DNA of 64,000 nucleotides from assembly GCF_009914755.1 (NCBI RefSeq), contig NC_060938.1. The stretch is one strand, 5' to 3'. A program made the position numbers and the translations under genes. Shown here piece by piece: positions 20,968-42,390 of the stretch. The notes below the pieces were generated by a model. It was given only the letters and a program-made list of their open reading frames with translations. It was not told the DNA's origin and ran no database searches. The DNA is from the human T2T-CHM13v2.0 reference genome, Homo sapiens. How positions within the stretch are numbered: the stretch's first letter is position 1; every line of letters begins with the position of its first letter.

Positions 20968-21139
20968 TGTGGAATGAGACCACCACTTCTCCTGTTGTCC
21001 TTCCCAGCTTCTCCCCCACCTCCCCTTTTCCCTAGTTTATAAGACAAGAGAAAAGGGAGAAAGCAAAAAGTTGGAAAGAAACAGAAGTAAGATAAATAGC
21101 TAGATGACCTTGGCGCCACCACCTGGCCCTCGTGGTTAA

Positions 21140-21182
<43 letters not shown>

Positions 21183-21492
21183 TTAACCCCTGACCAAAAC
21201 TACTGGTGTTACCTGTAAATTCCAGACATTGTATGAGAAAGCAATGTAAAACTTTTTGTTCTGTGAGCTGATGTATGTAGCCCCCAGTCACGTTCCTCAC
21301 GCTTACTTGATCTACCATGACCTTTTCACGTGGACCTCTTAGAGTTGTAAGCCCTTAAAAGGGCTAGGAATTTCTTTTTCCGGGAGCTCGGCTCTTGAGA
21401 CGTGAGTCTGCCGACGCTCCCAGCTGAATAAAAACCTCTTCCTTCTTTAATCCGGTGTCTGAGGAGTTTTGTCTGCGACTTGTCCTGCTACA
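20968..21492 (+). mobile_element. LTR2-family (HERV-E type, LTR2B-like) solo LTR with an internal (AAT)n microsatellite
   Basis: TG...CA termini; TSD CTAT (20964-20967 and 21493-21496); 3' end ggtgtctgaggagttttgtctgcgacttgtcctgctaca; AATAAA at about 21427. Confidence 0.85.
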
Positions 21493-21776
21493 CTATGTGT
21501 AACTAATTCAAGTACCTTGTCATCAGTTCTGCCTTGCCGGTGATCTAAATGGACTCCCCGCAGGGAACAGCACTCATACTGCAGAAGGTCTTTTCTTTTG
21601 CCTTTGGGTAACTGGCTTTTTACACTTTATTGAAATAATTCCTAAGTTGTGATTTGCTTAGAAAAATTGAGATTAAAATGTTTTTAAATTAAAGTTATTA
21701 CATCTGTGTAATTTTCTGTACGTGCTTTTAAAATCCTTATGCCATTAAGTTACAGGGCTTTGACTCCTGGGTCTAA

Positions 21777-22086
<310 letters not shown>

Positions 22087-22485
22087 TAAGGCGTTGGAAT
22101 TACAGGCATGAGCCACCCCCACTAGCCAAAGTCCTGCTAAATCTTAAACACTGACAGCAGTTAAAGCCTCATCCTCAGACCCGATAGAAGATGCCAGTCA
22201 AAATAAACCGCGTTCCTGAGACACAGGCCAGAAATCAAACCAAAACCAGTTAAAACAGTTCAGTTCCTGAAGGCCCAGGGACTATCGCGGAAGAGGCGGG
22301 TGTGTGGATTGTAAGGGGTGATTTTGAGAGATAAGTTAACCATTAATGTTGAAGGCACACTGATGTAAGCCCAGCATATGGGCCTCTGTGTCGGATTAAC
22401 AAGGTTTTCTTGGAGTATTAACCCAGTCCTTAATAAAAGGTTATAAAAGGCTTATGGAAATTGTATTTTATACTCAACATGATTA

Positions 22486-23049
<564 letters not shown>

Positions 23050-23050
23050 A

Positions 23051-24360
<1,310 letters not shown>

Positions 24361-26758
24361 TAGTCTTGAACTCCTGGACTCAGGCGATCTTTTCACTGCA
24401 GCTTCCCAAAGTGCTGGGATTACAGTCATGAGTCACCATGCTGGCCTCCTGAGGCCTTTATGTACCTATGGGCTTGCCAGCCGTCCTCCACCCTCCTCTC
24501 CTCTCCAAGCCACTGGGGGCCTTGGGCCAAACTTTGTGGGCCCTGCCCTGCCCTGCCCAACCCTTGCACTTGCTCTTCCCACCAGCCCCTCCTCGTGAGC
24601 CTCTGTGCATCCCTCCTCTCCGCCCCCTCCCAGTGTTGCAGGGCTCCGGATCCCAGCCCTCACACCGCCCCTCTGTCACCGCCTACTCCCCAGGCGCCTC
24701 TCCAGTCCTGGATTAAACGCCATCCACCCTGCACCAAAAGAACCAGGAGGCCACTGCGTGTCAGCCGTGCCCTTATTTTAAGCACCCCAGTTTAGGCCGG
24801 ATTCTAAGAACATGTGCTCTCCCAGATTCCCCTGCGCCAGCCCCTGGAACTGGTGCCTCTGCGGAGGTGCCACTCCCAAGGTCGGGCGGGTTTACACGGC
24901 AGAGTGGAGCTTAACGCTAATTCCCAAGTGGGCCTGACCTAGTCCCGGGAGCCTTGAAAAGAGGACAGTTTTCTGTGGCTGGTGACAGGAGGGGGAGTCA
25001 GGGAGGTCCAAGCCTGGGAAGGCTTCAAGGTGCGGATGCTGGTTTGAAGACAGGGCGGGGGGCGTGAGAAGGAACATGAGCACCCCCCAGAAGCAGGGAG
25101 CAGCCATCAGTGACACCACAAGGAGGCAGGGACCTCCTCAGTCCCACACCCGGCTTCCCAGCGACAGGAGCGAGCTTGGAAGGGGACCCTGAGCTCCAGA
25201 CCAGAGCGTGACCAGCTGCCTCCTGACTCCAGCGTAAGCAGAGACCCACAGACTGCAAGCTAAGAAAGGTGGGCTGCTTGAAACCACGCAATTTGTGGTA
25301 ACAGGAGAGGAAGACCACCAGCTACCTGAGGCTCCTCCGAAGCACTGGGTTCCTCCTGCAGCCTCTTTCTTTCACCTCCACCTCCCATCTGCCCGCCAGC
25401 GTCCTCGGCTCCACCTTCACACACATCAGGATCTACCCACCTGCAACCGCCCGCGCCGCTGCCCGGTTCGGAGGCTCACCTGCACCCTTCGGCCGCCTCC
25501 AGATGCTTGTAGCTCTTCCTGAGTATCCAGGCACTTCCACGACAGCCAGCGGGCCCTTAAATGCGAGTTGGCTGCATTGGCCTCTGCTCAGGAGTCCCCG
25601 GCACAGCCGTCTCAGGTGCTCAGAGGGAACTCCATTGTCGATGCCTGGCTTCCTGGGCTCTTGCTCCCCGTGGATTCTCACCACTTCTCGAGCACCTGAA
25701 GTGCTCCCTGCCCTGGGCTTTTGCCCTGCGCCTGACCCAGACCAGCTGCAAGGTTGCTCCCCACTTCCACTGGTCTGGTCTCAAAAGCACCTGCTCAGAG
25801 AGGCCATCCATGGCCCTGTCTGCAGCCCACTCAGCCCTTCCCAGCATAGATGACCCTGGCACGTTGTATACTGGTCTTGCTAATCTTCCTAAGAAAGCAG
25901 TGACCTGGATACAGTTATTGTCTCCATTTTCCAGATGAGGACAGCGAGGCACAGAGAGGTTGGGTCACTTGTCCAAGGTCCCAGAGAGTAAAGGGCAGTG
26001 CTGGGGTCTCAGCTCAGGCCCTGGGGTCCCAATGTCCACACGTGAATCCTCAGCGTCATGCATGTGTCTCCCTCCAGGCAGAGGGCAAATTTGCTTGCTG
26101 TCCAAGATAATAAAGATGGCTTCTCCCTCTGGGCAGAAACTGGGCAGGTTTGCTAGCAGTCCTTTAAATGACTGGTGTTTCCTAACCCAGGGTTCCTTAG
26201 CTGTGTGTACAGCATCCACCGGAGCCACTCCTCATTGTCCGTGGGGCTGTGGGGCTGGGGGGAATATGAAGCTCGTGCTGCCTGCTGTGCTGTGAGTAAC
26301 AAAGTCTTTGTCTCAGACCCAGGTGTCTCATGTCTTGCCCATGTTCAGAACACTGGCAGGCTCACTGTTCACTTGCAAACAGAGGGAACTCTCAGACCAT
26401 TCATTTCTTCCTTTTTCCTACTTCCCCTTTCCCTCCTCCTTGAGGGCCAGCTTTTAACCTGCCAAGGAGCCAAGAAAGAGACGTTGGAGAGGGCTGGGGA
26501 TTGCACAAATAAGTAAAAGCATCGGGGATGAAGGATTTGAGGACTCTCGTTTCGGAGAAGGGAGTTGCAAATTAGGAAAGTGGTCAGACTGGACCAACTT
26601 CTGGCTGGGTGGATTGAAATTGGAGATATCAGTACAAATCCAGTTCCAATATGGATAGCTGGAAATACAGATGTATATCTATGTGTGTGTATATATCTAT
26701 GTGTGTGTGTATAGGCATATGTATTTTCTACAGATCTGGAAACAGTGAGCACCCCTAG

Positions 26759-27102
<344 letters not shown>

Positions 27103-28239
27103 TGAAAGTCCTCACCAGGGCCATGCCCTTGAACTTCTCAGCTTGTAGAACTGTGAGCTAAGTAAACCTCTTTTTTTTCTGATAAATTATGCAGTCTCAA
27201 GTAATCTTTTATAGCAAGACAAAATGGACGGAGACCCGCACATACACACATGAGAGAGAAGGGTAAGCCTGACCTCATAGTGGAAACCTCAAATTCTCTC
27301 CCCAGAAACGGTGTAATAATTGCTTATTCATTAATGAATGCAAAATGCTTACTAATTAACTTTTCAGTGGGGAATGGCGGCAGACACCATCATACCCAAG
27401 CGATGAGGGTTATCATCACCAGCGATGGCCAGATTGGCCCCGTGGGCCTCCGGTAGGTTGCTGTAAGAGGAAAGTCTCACTTCTGAGGGGTTCCTCCTGG
27501 AAATGAAGAAGCCACAGGAAACAGGCAAGGCTAGAGCGAGGGCCATCCCACAAAGACCCATAAGACCCACAAAGACTCACTGAGACAGCGGGGAAATTGG
27601 CAGGGGCTCTGCGGAGTCGATGGGGACATTGGATCAGTGGTGGCTTCCTGATTTTTCAAGGTTCACTGCAATTACTTGGGAGAGAGTTCGTTTATTTCCA
27701 AAATACTCTCTGAGCTGTTTAGGGGAGCAAGCCTGGAGTCTGCAGCTTATTCTCAAATGCCATATAAGCAGGAGCGAGAGAAGGAATAGCGGGGCAATGT
27801 TCACAGATGGCGAATCTGCAGGACAGGAATATCCGGGTCTCTTTGCACGGTGTTTGCCACCTTCTGTAAATTGGGATTTTTTTTTTTTTTTTTTTTTTTT
27901 GAGACGGAGTCTCACTGCAACCTCTGACTTCCTGGTTCAAGCGATTCTCCTGCCTCAGCCTCCCGAGTAGCTGGGATTACAGGCACACGCCACCACGCCC
28001 AGCTAATTTTTTTTGTATTTTTAGTAGAGACGGTGTTTCACCATGTTGGCCAGGATGGTCTCGAACTCCTGACCTCGTGATCTGCCCGCCTCGGTCTCCC
28101 AAAGTGCTGGGATTACAGGCGTGAGCCACTGCGCCCAGCCCCAAAATTGGGAATTATTTCAAAATAAAAAGCTGGATAAATGCATACACACAAGGCAGTA
28201 TCGCGTATTTTCCACGAGTGCCTGTGCAGGCAGGTAAGG

Positions 28240-28520
28240 ATTTAGGAAAGGTCTGGAAGGATGTGCAAAATGTTCCGCCTGCGAAGGTTCCGCGGTGGCG
28301 GGGACACTGCTCCGGCTCCGCTCCCGCCCGCCCGAGCGCTCGGATGGGGCCGCCTCTGCACTGCGTGGCCACAGGCGCGGCCCGGCTGCCCACGGGCGCC
28401 CTTTGCAGCTGCTGCCCCCTGGCGGCCGCGGGCGGCTACTAGCGGGAAAGCGAAACCCGCCCGGTCCATTCAAGCCCCGCTGCCTGGCGCCCTCTAGGGT
28501 CGTTCTTGGGAACGGGCGGA
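28240..28520. promoter_or_regulatory. Small orphan CpG island with CTCF-like motifs and an IRF site
   Basis: Dense CpG; GGCCGCCAGGGGGCAGC(-) 28411-28427; GGAAAGCGAAACC 28445-28457. Confidence 0.7.
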
Positions 28521-28839
28521 CCTTTCGTCAACACTTTGCCTGCAAGATCCCCCATTGGGGGAACCGAGGAGGAAGTTAAAGGAAGATGTGTGTTTTTGAG
28601 CGCTGCTTTGTGCCAGGCTCATCTTAGGTGTGGGACGTGTACTATCTGAATTAATACCCCACCAGGCCTGTGGGACAGTCACTGTCACCATTCGCAAATT
28701 ATGGATGAAGAAAGGAGGTACCAAGTGGTGGTATCACCTGTCCATAGTGAGCTGTCCCTCAGGAGGGTGGCCGCCCCACGCGACCATTCAGTGTGCTCTC
28801 ATTCACACGTTCATTACCCAAGAGCACTGCTAGCACTGG

Positions 28840-29415
<576 letters not shown>

Positions 29416-30999
29416 AAGTCCTCCATATGTGGTCCCCCCTCATGCTGTCTCTTCCAGGCATGTCCTCCCACATGCCAGGAGGCTGCAGGGCCACCAGGAT
29501 GTGACCTCCTTGGGCTGTGCTCCCCTGCCCCAACTCCAGGCAGTAGGATCCCAGAATTCCCAACAAAACTCTCCCTGCCTCCCTGGCCTATGCGGCCTCT
29601 CCCTGGGCTGTCGCTGTGAGGCATCCACAGCCCCTGCCATGCCAGGCAGAGTGGGGATGGTCGGAGGGGAGCGGGTGTGGACGGGACACAGGGCCTTCCG
29701 GAGAGCCTGAGGTGCTGCTTCTGAACTGCTCCTTCCCCTGGTGTGCAGGTGTCTTCGTCACAGTAGGACCTGGGAGAACAGTTCCATAGGTCCGGGGGCT
29801 TCTCTCCAGCTGGCGAGGAGGTGTGTGGTCCTCTCTCCCTGTCACCGTTACTCAGGTAACGACAGGGCAGTGAGCAGAGCAGTGTTGCCCCTCCTGGACC
29901 CTGTCTGAAGAGGCAACTGTGGCTAGAGGCTGGAGGGCAGGGCGGCAGGGCATGGTGCTGGAGGCAGGGGTGGCCCTCGGGGCTCCCCTCCTCATTCCCG
30001 CCTCCCTGCGTGGGTCACAGCGGCCTTCACTGTGGCCTCCTCACTACCTGGGGTGCCCCAGGAGCACCTCGTGGAGGGAGTGCCTGAGTGAGGTCAAGCG
30101 GGGCGGAGGAAGGGGTCGATGGTGAGAGAGACAGTGAGTGAGCCCAGACTCCACACAGGGCGGCCCCTAGCGCTGGCCACCTCAGCAGCTCCCACCAGCA
30201 GCACAAGCTGGATGACAGGGCCAGGGCCTGTGGTCAGTGGTCAGTGGCTGATGACAAAGCCATGCTGTGACCCTCTCTCACTGCCAGAGCAGACGCGGGG
30301 CGGTGAGCAGCCAGGCAGGCCCGTAACCTCCACCTCCCCAGCTGCGCCCGTCCTGCAGGGACTCAACCTGCTGCCCTCCGCCCACAGCCCTCGAGGGTCT
30401 CAGCATTAAGGGCTGGGCTGGGCCTCCCTTCTGGGTGCCTGGTCCCATTTGGGCCTCACCCTGGGCAAGGTCCCCGTAGCTGCCCCTCCCATCAGGTAAG
30501 CCCCACCCCCCGAGTTTCACTCTGAGTGGTTTGTCTTTGCATAGAGCTTCCCCACCTGATGGTGACTGCCGTGGGTCCCACAGGTCCGGTGTCCATTTTT
30601 AAATTTCACTGCAGACATTGCGCTCAGGCGCCCTCTGAAACCGCCACAGAGGTGTCATCCCCAGGTCCCATCGGGCCTTTGTCTCCTGGCCTCCCCGTGT
30701 GCAGTGGTGCAGTGCTAGCTCACTGCAGCCTCCACCTCCCAGGCTCAAATGATCCTCTCACCTCAGCCTCCTAAGCAGCTGGGACTGCAGGTGCCACCTC
30801 ACCCGGCTATGCCTGGTAACTTTCCTGCCACTGTGACACCAGCCAGTTCAGGCAGTCCCTCGCCTGAGCCAGGTACTCTGCGTGTCTCAGCCTAGCCCTG
30901 CTGTCCCTACCGGTGGGTGAGACGGCGCCCGGTCCCCAAGGCTGGGATCTGACGTGGGAGCGAGGCTCTTATTTGTTGCTGTGTGGCAGCAAAAGATGA

Positions 31000-31689
<690 letters not shown>

Positions 31690-31872
31690 TAAGCCACCAA
31701 CTTGTGGGAACTGGTTATAGCAGCCACAGGAAAGCCCCTGCTGGACATCGTTATGATCCCTTTTGCCCCAGCCCTGAATATTCCAGACTGGTCCAGAACC
31801 TCAGCCCCAACTTTTCAAGTCCCTGGTCACGGCTGTCCTCTGGAAGCCTAGGGGCACACTCCTCTCAAGGCA

Positions 31873-31949
31873 GGAGAAATGTTAACTGTGAAGGTTAAAT
31901 TGGAGAAATGTTAACTGTGAAGGTTAAATTGGAGAAATGTTAACTGTGA

Positions 31950-31959
<10 letters not shown>
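31873..31959. repeat. Perfect 29-bp tandem repeat x3
   Basis: GGAGAAATGTTAACTGTGAAGGTTAAATT at 31873, 31902 and 31931. Confidence 0.97.
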
Positions 31960-33551
<1,592 letters not shown>

Positions 33552-34660
33552 TCAGCAGGACTCCTCAATCAGCCTCTTTGCAGGGCATGGTGACCCTGGT
33601 GGGTGCACGGGCCTGGAGAAGGTGTAGTGGTCTGCAAGGGCCACGGGCGACTGCAGCTCCTCGGTGTCCCTGCTGTGGGTGAGCCTGGTGACGTCTGTCT
33701 TCATGGACCACTCTTTCCACCCCTTATGGATTCTGGACACTTCTTGGCGGGAATGGTCCGTGGCCAGCACGTAGATAATGGGGTCAGCCACGCCGTTCAC
33801 CGTGGACAGGCACAGAAACACCACAGAGGCTGTGTACAGCCTTTCCTCCAAGCCGCACATGGCGTTCCTGTCTCCTCTGTAGTAGGAAAAGGCAGCGGCT
33901 TTGACGAGGAGAACCAGGTGGTACGGGGCGAAGCAGACTAGGAAGATGACAACCACCGCGATGGCCGAGTGCTTCACCTTGGCCTTCTGGGCAGCGCTTA
34001 AGCCCATGCTCTGCTTGATGCTCCTGAAAATCCGGTGGTTGGTGAAGGCGATGATGGAGAGAGGGATGGCAAAGCCAACGGTGAACCTGGCGTAGTAGTA
34101 CCCGGCAATCCTGCTGTCCATCTGCAGCATGTCAAAGCAGGTCTCCTTGTCTTCCGTCTGGAACACCGGGTAGTGAACGATCCCGACGAGGATGAAGATG
34201 CAGGCGGAGATGAGGATGGCGGTCCTCCGGCGGCGGCGGCCCCGACTCTCCAGCGCGTACACCACGGCCACGAAGCGGTCGCAGGAGATGCAGCACAGGA
34301 AGAGGATGCTGACGTAGATGTTGCAGAAGAAGATGTAGGCGGTCACCTTGCAGGCCAGCAGGCCTAGGGTCCAGCGGTGCTGGTTGCGGATATAGATGAC
34401 CCAGAGTGGCAGCGTGCCTGTGTACAGCAGCTCGCAGAGTGCCAGGCAGAGCAGGTAGACGGCCAGCACGTTGCCCTGCAGTACCTGCAGCAGCGCCAGC
34501 CACGCAGTCAGGCAGTTGGCCGGCACCCCCAGCGTGCACACCGCGCTGTACACCACGACCAGGACTATCCTGCTCTCTTCGAAGGACACGTTGTTGCAGG
34601 TCTTGGCGGAGAGGCCCAGGGAGGCCCACGGGGCAGTGGTGGTCACTGGGGTGGCGTTTC
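33552..34660 (-). CDS. GPR132: GPR132 (G2A) main coding exon, class A 7TM GPCR (lipid/lactate/proton-responsive family)
   Basis: The ORF track 33552..34706(-) shows seven hydrophobic segments, CDRF (DRY variant) after TM3, CFAPYH in TM6 and DPIIY in TM7. I recognise it as human G2A. The acceptor tgtcccacag|GA AAC GCC at 34661/34660 gives 1109 coding nt. Confidence 0.97.
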
Positions 34661-34822
34661 CTGTGGGACAGAGACAAGAGTGAGGACGGGAGTCCCTGGA
34701 AACCACCTGGGAGAGACTCTACTGTGGGAAGAAAGGATAGAAGCTTTGTGGTAGCTCAGACTAGACACACGCAGGTGTTTAAAACATTTCCAAATTGATT
34801 TTTTAGAGCAATTATTAGATAG

Positions 34823-38690
<3,868 letters not shown>

Positions 38691-39724
38691 GGGTGAGTGT
38701 CGTGTCCCTTGCTCACCTTCCTCCCTGGGCAGAGGGAGAGAGTGGGTGTGACTGGGCTGCCTCACACTCAGTTGTCACCACTTCGCCCAAGACACAGGCC
38801 TGTGGCGGGCGGCGGGGGGCAGTGAAGGCAGTTCTCGGGTGGGAGGCCCAACGCCTGTGTTTGCACTCACTGTTCTTCACCCAGATGGCTCTTTTCCCAT
38901 CAAACGAGTGCCCCAGCCCCGCTGTGCGAGTCCTGAGCTCAGAGGAAGTTTCGGGCCCCCTACACGGCCCCGTCTCTTTCATGACAATCACAGGCCCTGG
39001 GAGGCAGAGCCAGAATCCAAAACACAAGGGGAGATGCAGGCAAGACCCGGGGTGGCCAGAGGGGTCCCTCCCACCTCAGCCTGCACAGAGCCGCTCTGGT
39101 CTGTTCCCTCCCCGACTTCCTACGGCTCCCCCACCCCACACATCGTCGCCCGTGCGGTCTCAGTCAGGGCCTCGGTGCCCCTCAGTCCCGCACCCCCTGC
39201 TCCAGGCCTCACGCAGCCTTGGGACCTTCACCTCTGGACACCAGGTCCGTGGTGTCTGTGGCTCTGTGCCCATCTGGTGAGGAGGCTGTCCCCCGCTCCC
39301 CCGCCTCCTGCCACAAGTGACCTCCTGGGAAGAGAGCCTTCCTGGTGGGTCAGAAGTAGGGGCAACGGCACCAGGAGACGCATGGATGCGGGGGGCTGGT
39401 GGTCAGCTCCTCATGGCCCAGACCGTGCAGGGCTCCCCTGGGACCTGTGGGACAGCCCCCTGACTCAGTACTGTGTCGCCCTCCCAGGAGCCACCAACTA
39501 TGCCCTCATTCCCGTTCCTGGCTTCCCAGAACTTCACGAAAGAATTATGAAATCAGTCCTTCATTTCTCCATGTAGCACCTCTAGATTTATTATTGCTGA
39601 GCTAGTTTTTATCTCGATAATCTATTTTTATGCGTTAATTTTTGAATTATGAGACAACATGCTTCATGGAAAAATTCTCATGGGCTTCCTCTTACATGTT
39701 CAAAGTCGGAGAAGGCTCTCTCAC

Positions 39725-39838
39725 CTGGCATATTTTGCGGGTTCCAATCTCAGTGTGGCTCTAAGATAAGCTTTCTAAGTACATGTCATGCGTCTTGTCG
39801 GTCCTATCAAGACGTTCACTCTGAGAGTTTAAAATGAC
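39725..39838 (-). other. GPR132: GPR132 exon 2; its last 7 nt (ATG CCA G, 39731-39725) start a 371-aa isoform when spliced directly to the last exon
   Basis: Acceptor ctactctttttccag|GTC at 39839/39838; donor ATGCCAG|gtgaga at 39725/39724, phase 1 and in frame with the last exon (M-P-G-N-A-T). Confidence 0.8.
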
Positions 39839-39973
39839 CTGGAAAAAGAGTAGGTTGAAATTGTTTTAGGGAAATCAGATTGAATCACAAGTTAACCCAT
39901 TGACAAACGGCTAGTGAGTATTTACTAATTTACTAAGTGGCCCGTTGATTCGTAGGTGTTTTTTAAATGTTGA

Positions 39974-40579
<606 letters not shown>

Positions 40580-41957
40580 TAAAGCTGGGAGAGAAAAGAA
40601 AGTTGATGAGCTTTCACAGAAAACATAAAAATAGCTCCTAAAGGCCAGGTGTGGTAACTCATGGCTGTAAATCCCAGCCCTTTGAGAAGCTGAGGTGGGA
40701 GGATAGCTGGAGTCCAGGAGTTCAAGACCAGCCTGGGCAATATAGTAACACCCCACACCTACAAAAATATAAACAGGCATGATGGTGCACACGTGTAGTC
40801 CCAGCTACCCAGGAGGCTGAGTTGGGAGGATCGCTTGAGCCCAGGAGGTAGGGGTTGCAGTGAGCTGTGACTGAGCTGCTGCACTCCGGCCTGGCTACAG
40901 AGAGAGACCCCGTCTCAAGAAAAAAGAAAAGCTCCTAAAATCTGAAAAATGTTCAACTCCACTTCTAATCAAAGAAATGCAAACATGAATATCTGAAAGA
41001 CAGTCTTTTAAAATCTTTTTTTGGCCTATCATGTTGGCAAAAATAAAGACCTTTTAAACTCATAGTGTTTGAGAGTAGGCAATGGGTGCCCGTACACGGG
41101 ACTGACGGAAGTATGAATTGGCTCGCAGCAAAATTTTGCAATATGTTTCCAAAAATCTCAAATGTGCTCTACTTTTGACCTGGCTGATCCCCTTCTAGGA
41201 ATTTTTCCTGGCTACCCGAGGTGTGACGTGCACATGGCCTGGAAGCTGTGTCACCCACAGCATGAGGGGCCCGGAGGAGGGAGGCATGATGGGCGGGCAG
41301 CAGATGGCTCAGGGCATGCAGGGGGGTGGCGCAAGGCGCCCAGGGGCCTGTCCCTCTGCTTCCTTCCCTAACCTGAGGTGCCTCTAAAACAGGCACCACC
41401 CTGACCAGCCAAAGAGGGTTTGCAGGGAGGAGAGCGCCCTAAACCCATCCTCAGATGGTGTTTGTGCCTCTCCCACAGCCCTGCAAAGCCTGAGGGTCTC
41501 GCTCTGCTGTTTCCGGGCCCTGCAGTGCAGGGATAGAGGCTGAGCCTGGCGGCTGCCTCACTAGCTCCAATCCTGCCTCCCTGGTGCCAGGCCCAACCCC
41601 CACCCCATGCTGCCTGGTGCTGCCCTCTATCAGCCGAGACCCTCATGGGAAGCCAGCAGGTGCAGTCAGTCTCCCAGTGCACACTCCCCTCCCAGGGCAG
41701 GGCCGGCCCGGCTGCGGGCAGAGCCCCTACACAGCAAGGCCCCTTTGGGCCCGAGGCCTGTATGTTGAGAGGCTGGCCAGGGGCACTCCCTGGAGCCACT
41801 TGCTCTTCCCGCCCATCCCACGTGGCTCTTGCAGGAATTCTCTGGAAGCTGCTCAAAAGTGAGGCAGAACCCAGGGACACCCACACCAAGGGCTCTGGGC
41901 CAGCAGGTGGGGCTGCCTGTGTGTTGACATCCCCAGCTGCCCTTTCAAGTATATTTC

Positions 41958-42390
41958 TGTGAAAGGAAAGTATCTTGGGCCCCTTCAAGCTGGGAACTGC
42001 TCAGCGCCGATCTGCCTGGCGTTCTATTCAGTCATCCCTCTGCTCACTGAGACAGATGCATATTCTGATGCCTCCTTTGGAGAGACTTATCAGAAACTGA
42101 AAACAATGCAACCATTTGTCTCTCGCCTACCTGTGTAGGCGAGAGACAAATGGTTGGGAAGCCCCCTCCCTGCTTCGAGTTGTCCCCACCTTTCTGGACG
42201 GAACCAATGTACGTCTCACATATATTGATTGATGTCTCTTGTCTCCCTAAAATGCATGAAACCAGGCTGCGCCCGACCACCCTGGGCACGTCATCAGGAC
42301 TTCCTGAGGCTGTGTCACAGACGCGTGTCCTCAACTTTAGCAAATAAACCTCCTAAAATGATTGAGACTTGTCTCGACGTTTTTTAACAA
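41958..42390 (+). mobile_element. MER4-family solo LTR in GPR132 intron 1 (antisense to the gene)
   Basis: tgtgaaaggaaagtatcttgggcccc...caagctgggaactgc...aataaacctcctaaaatgattgagac. Confidence 0.78.

Noticed and set aside
34661-34706. N-terminal extension MVSRDSRPHSCLCPT of the 384-aa ORF
   Set aside because: It starts at a non-ATG codon and runs through the polypyrimidine tract and AG acceptor, so it is intron. The real starts are at 37978 or 39731.
33603-34798. Antisense and alternate-frame ORFs over GPR132
   Set aside because: Expected shadow ORFs of a GC3-rich coding exon.
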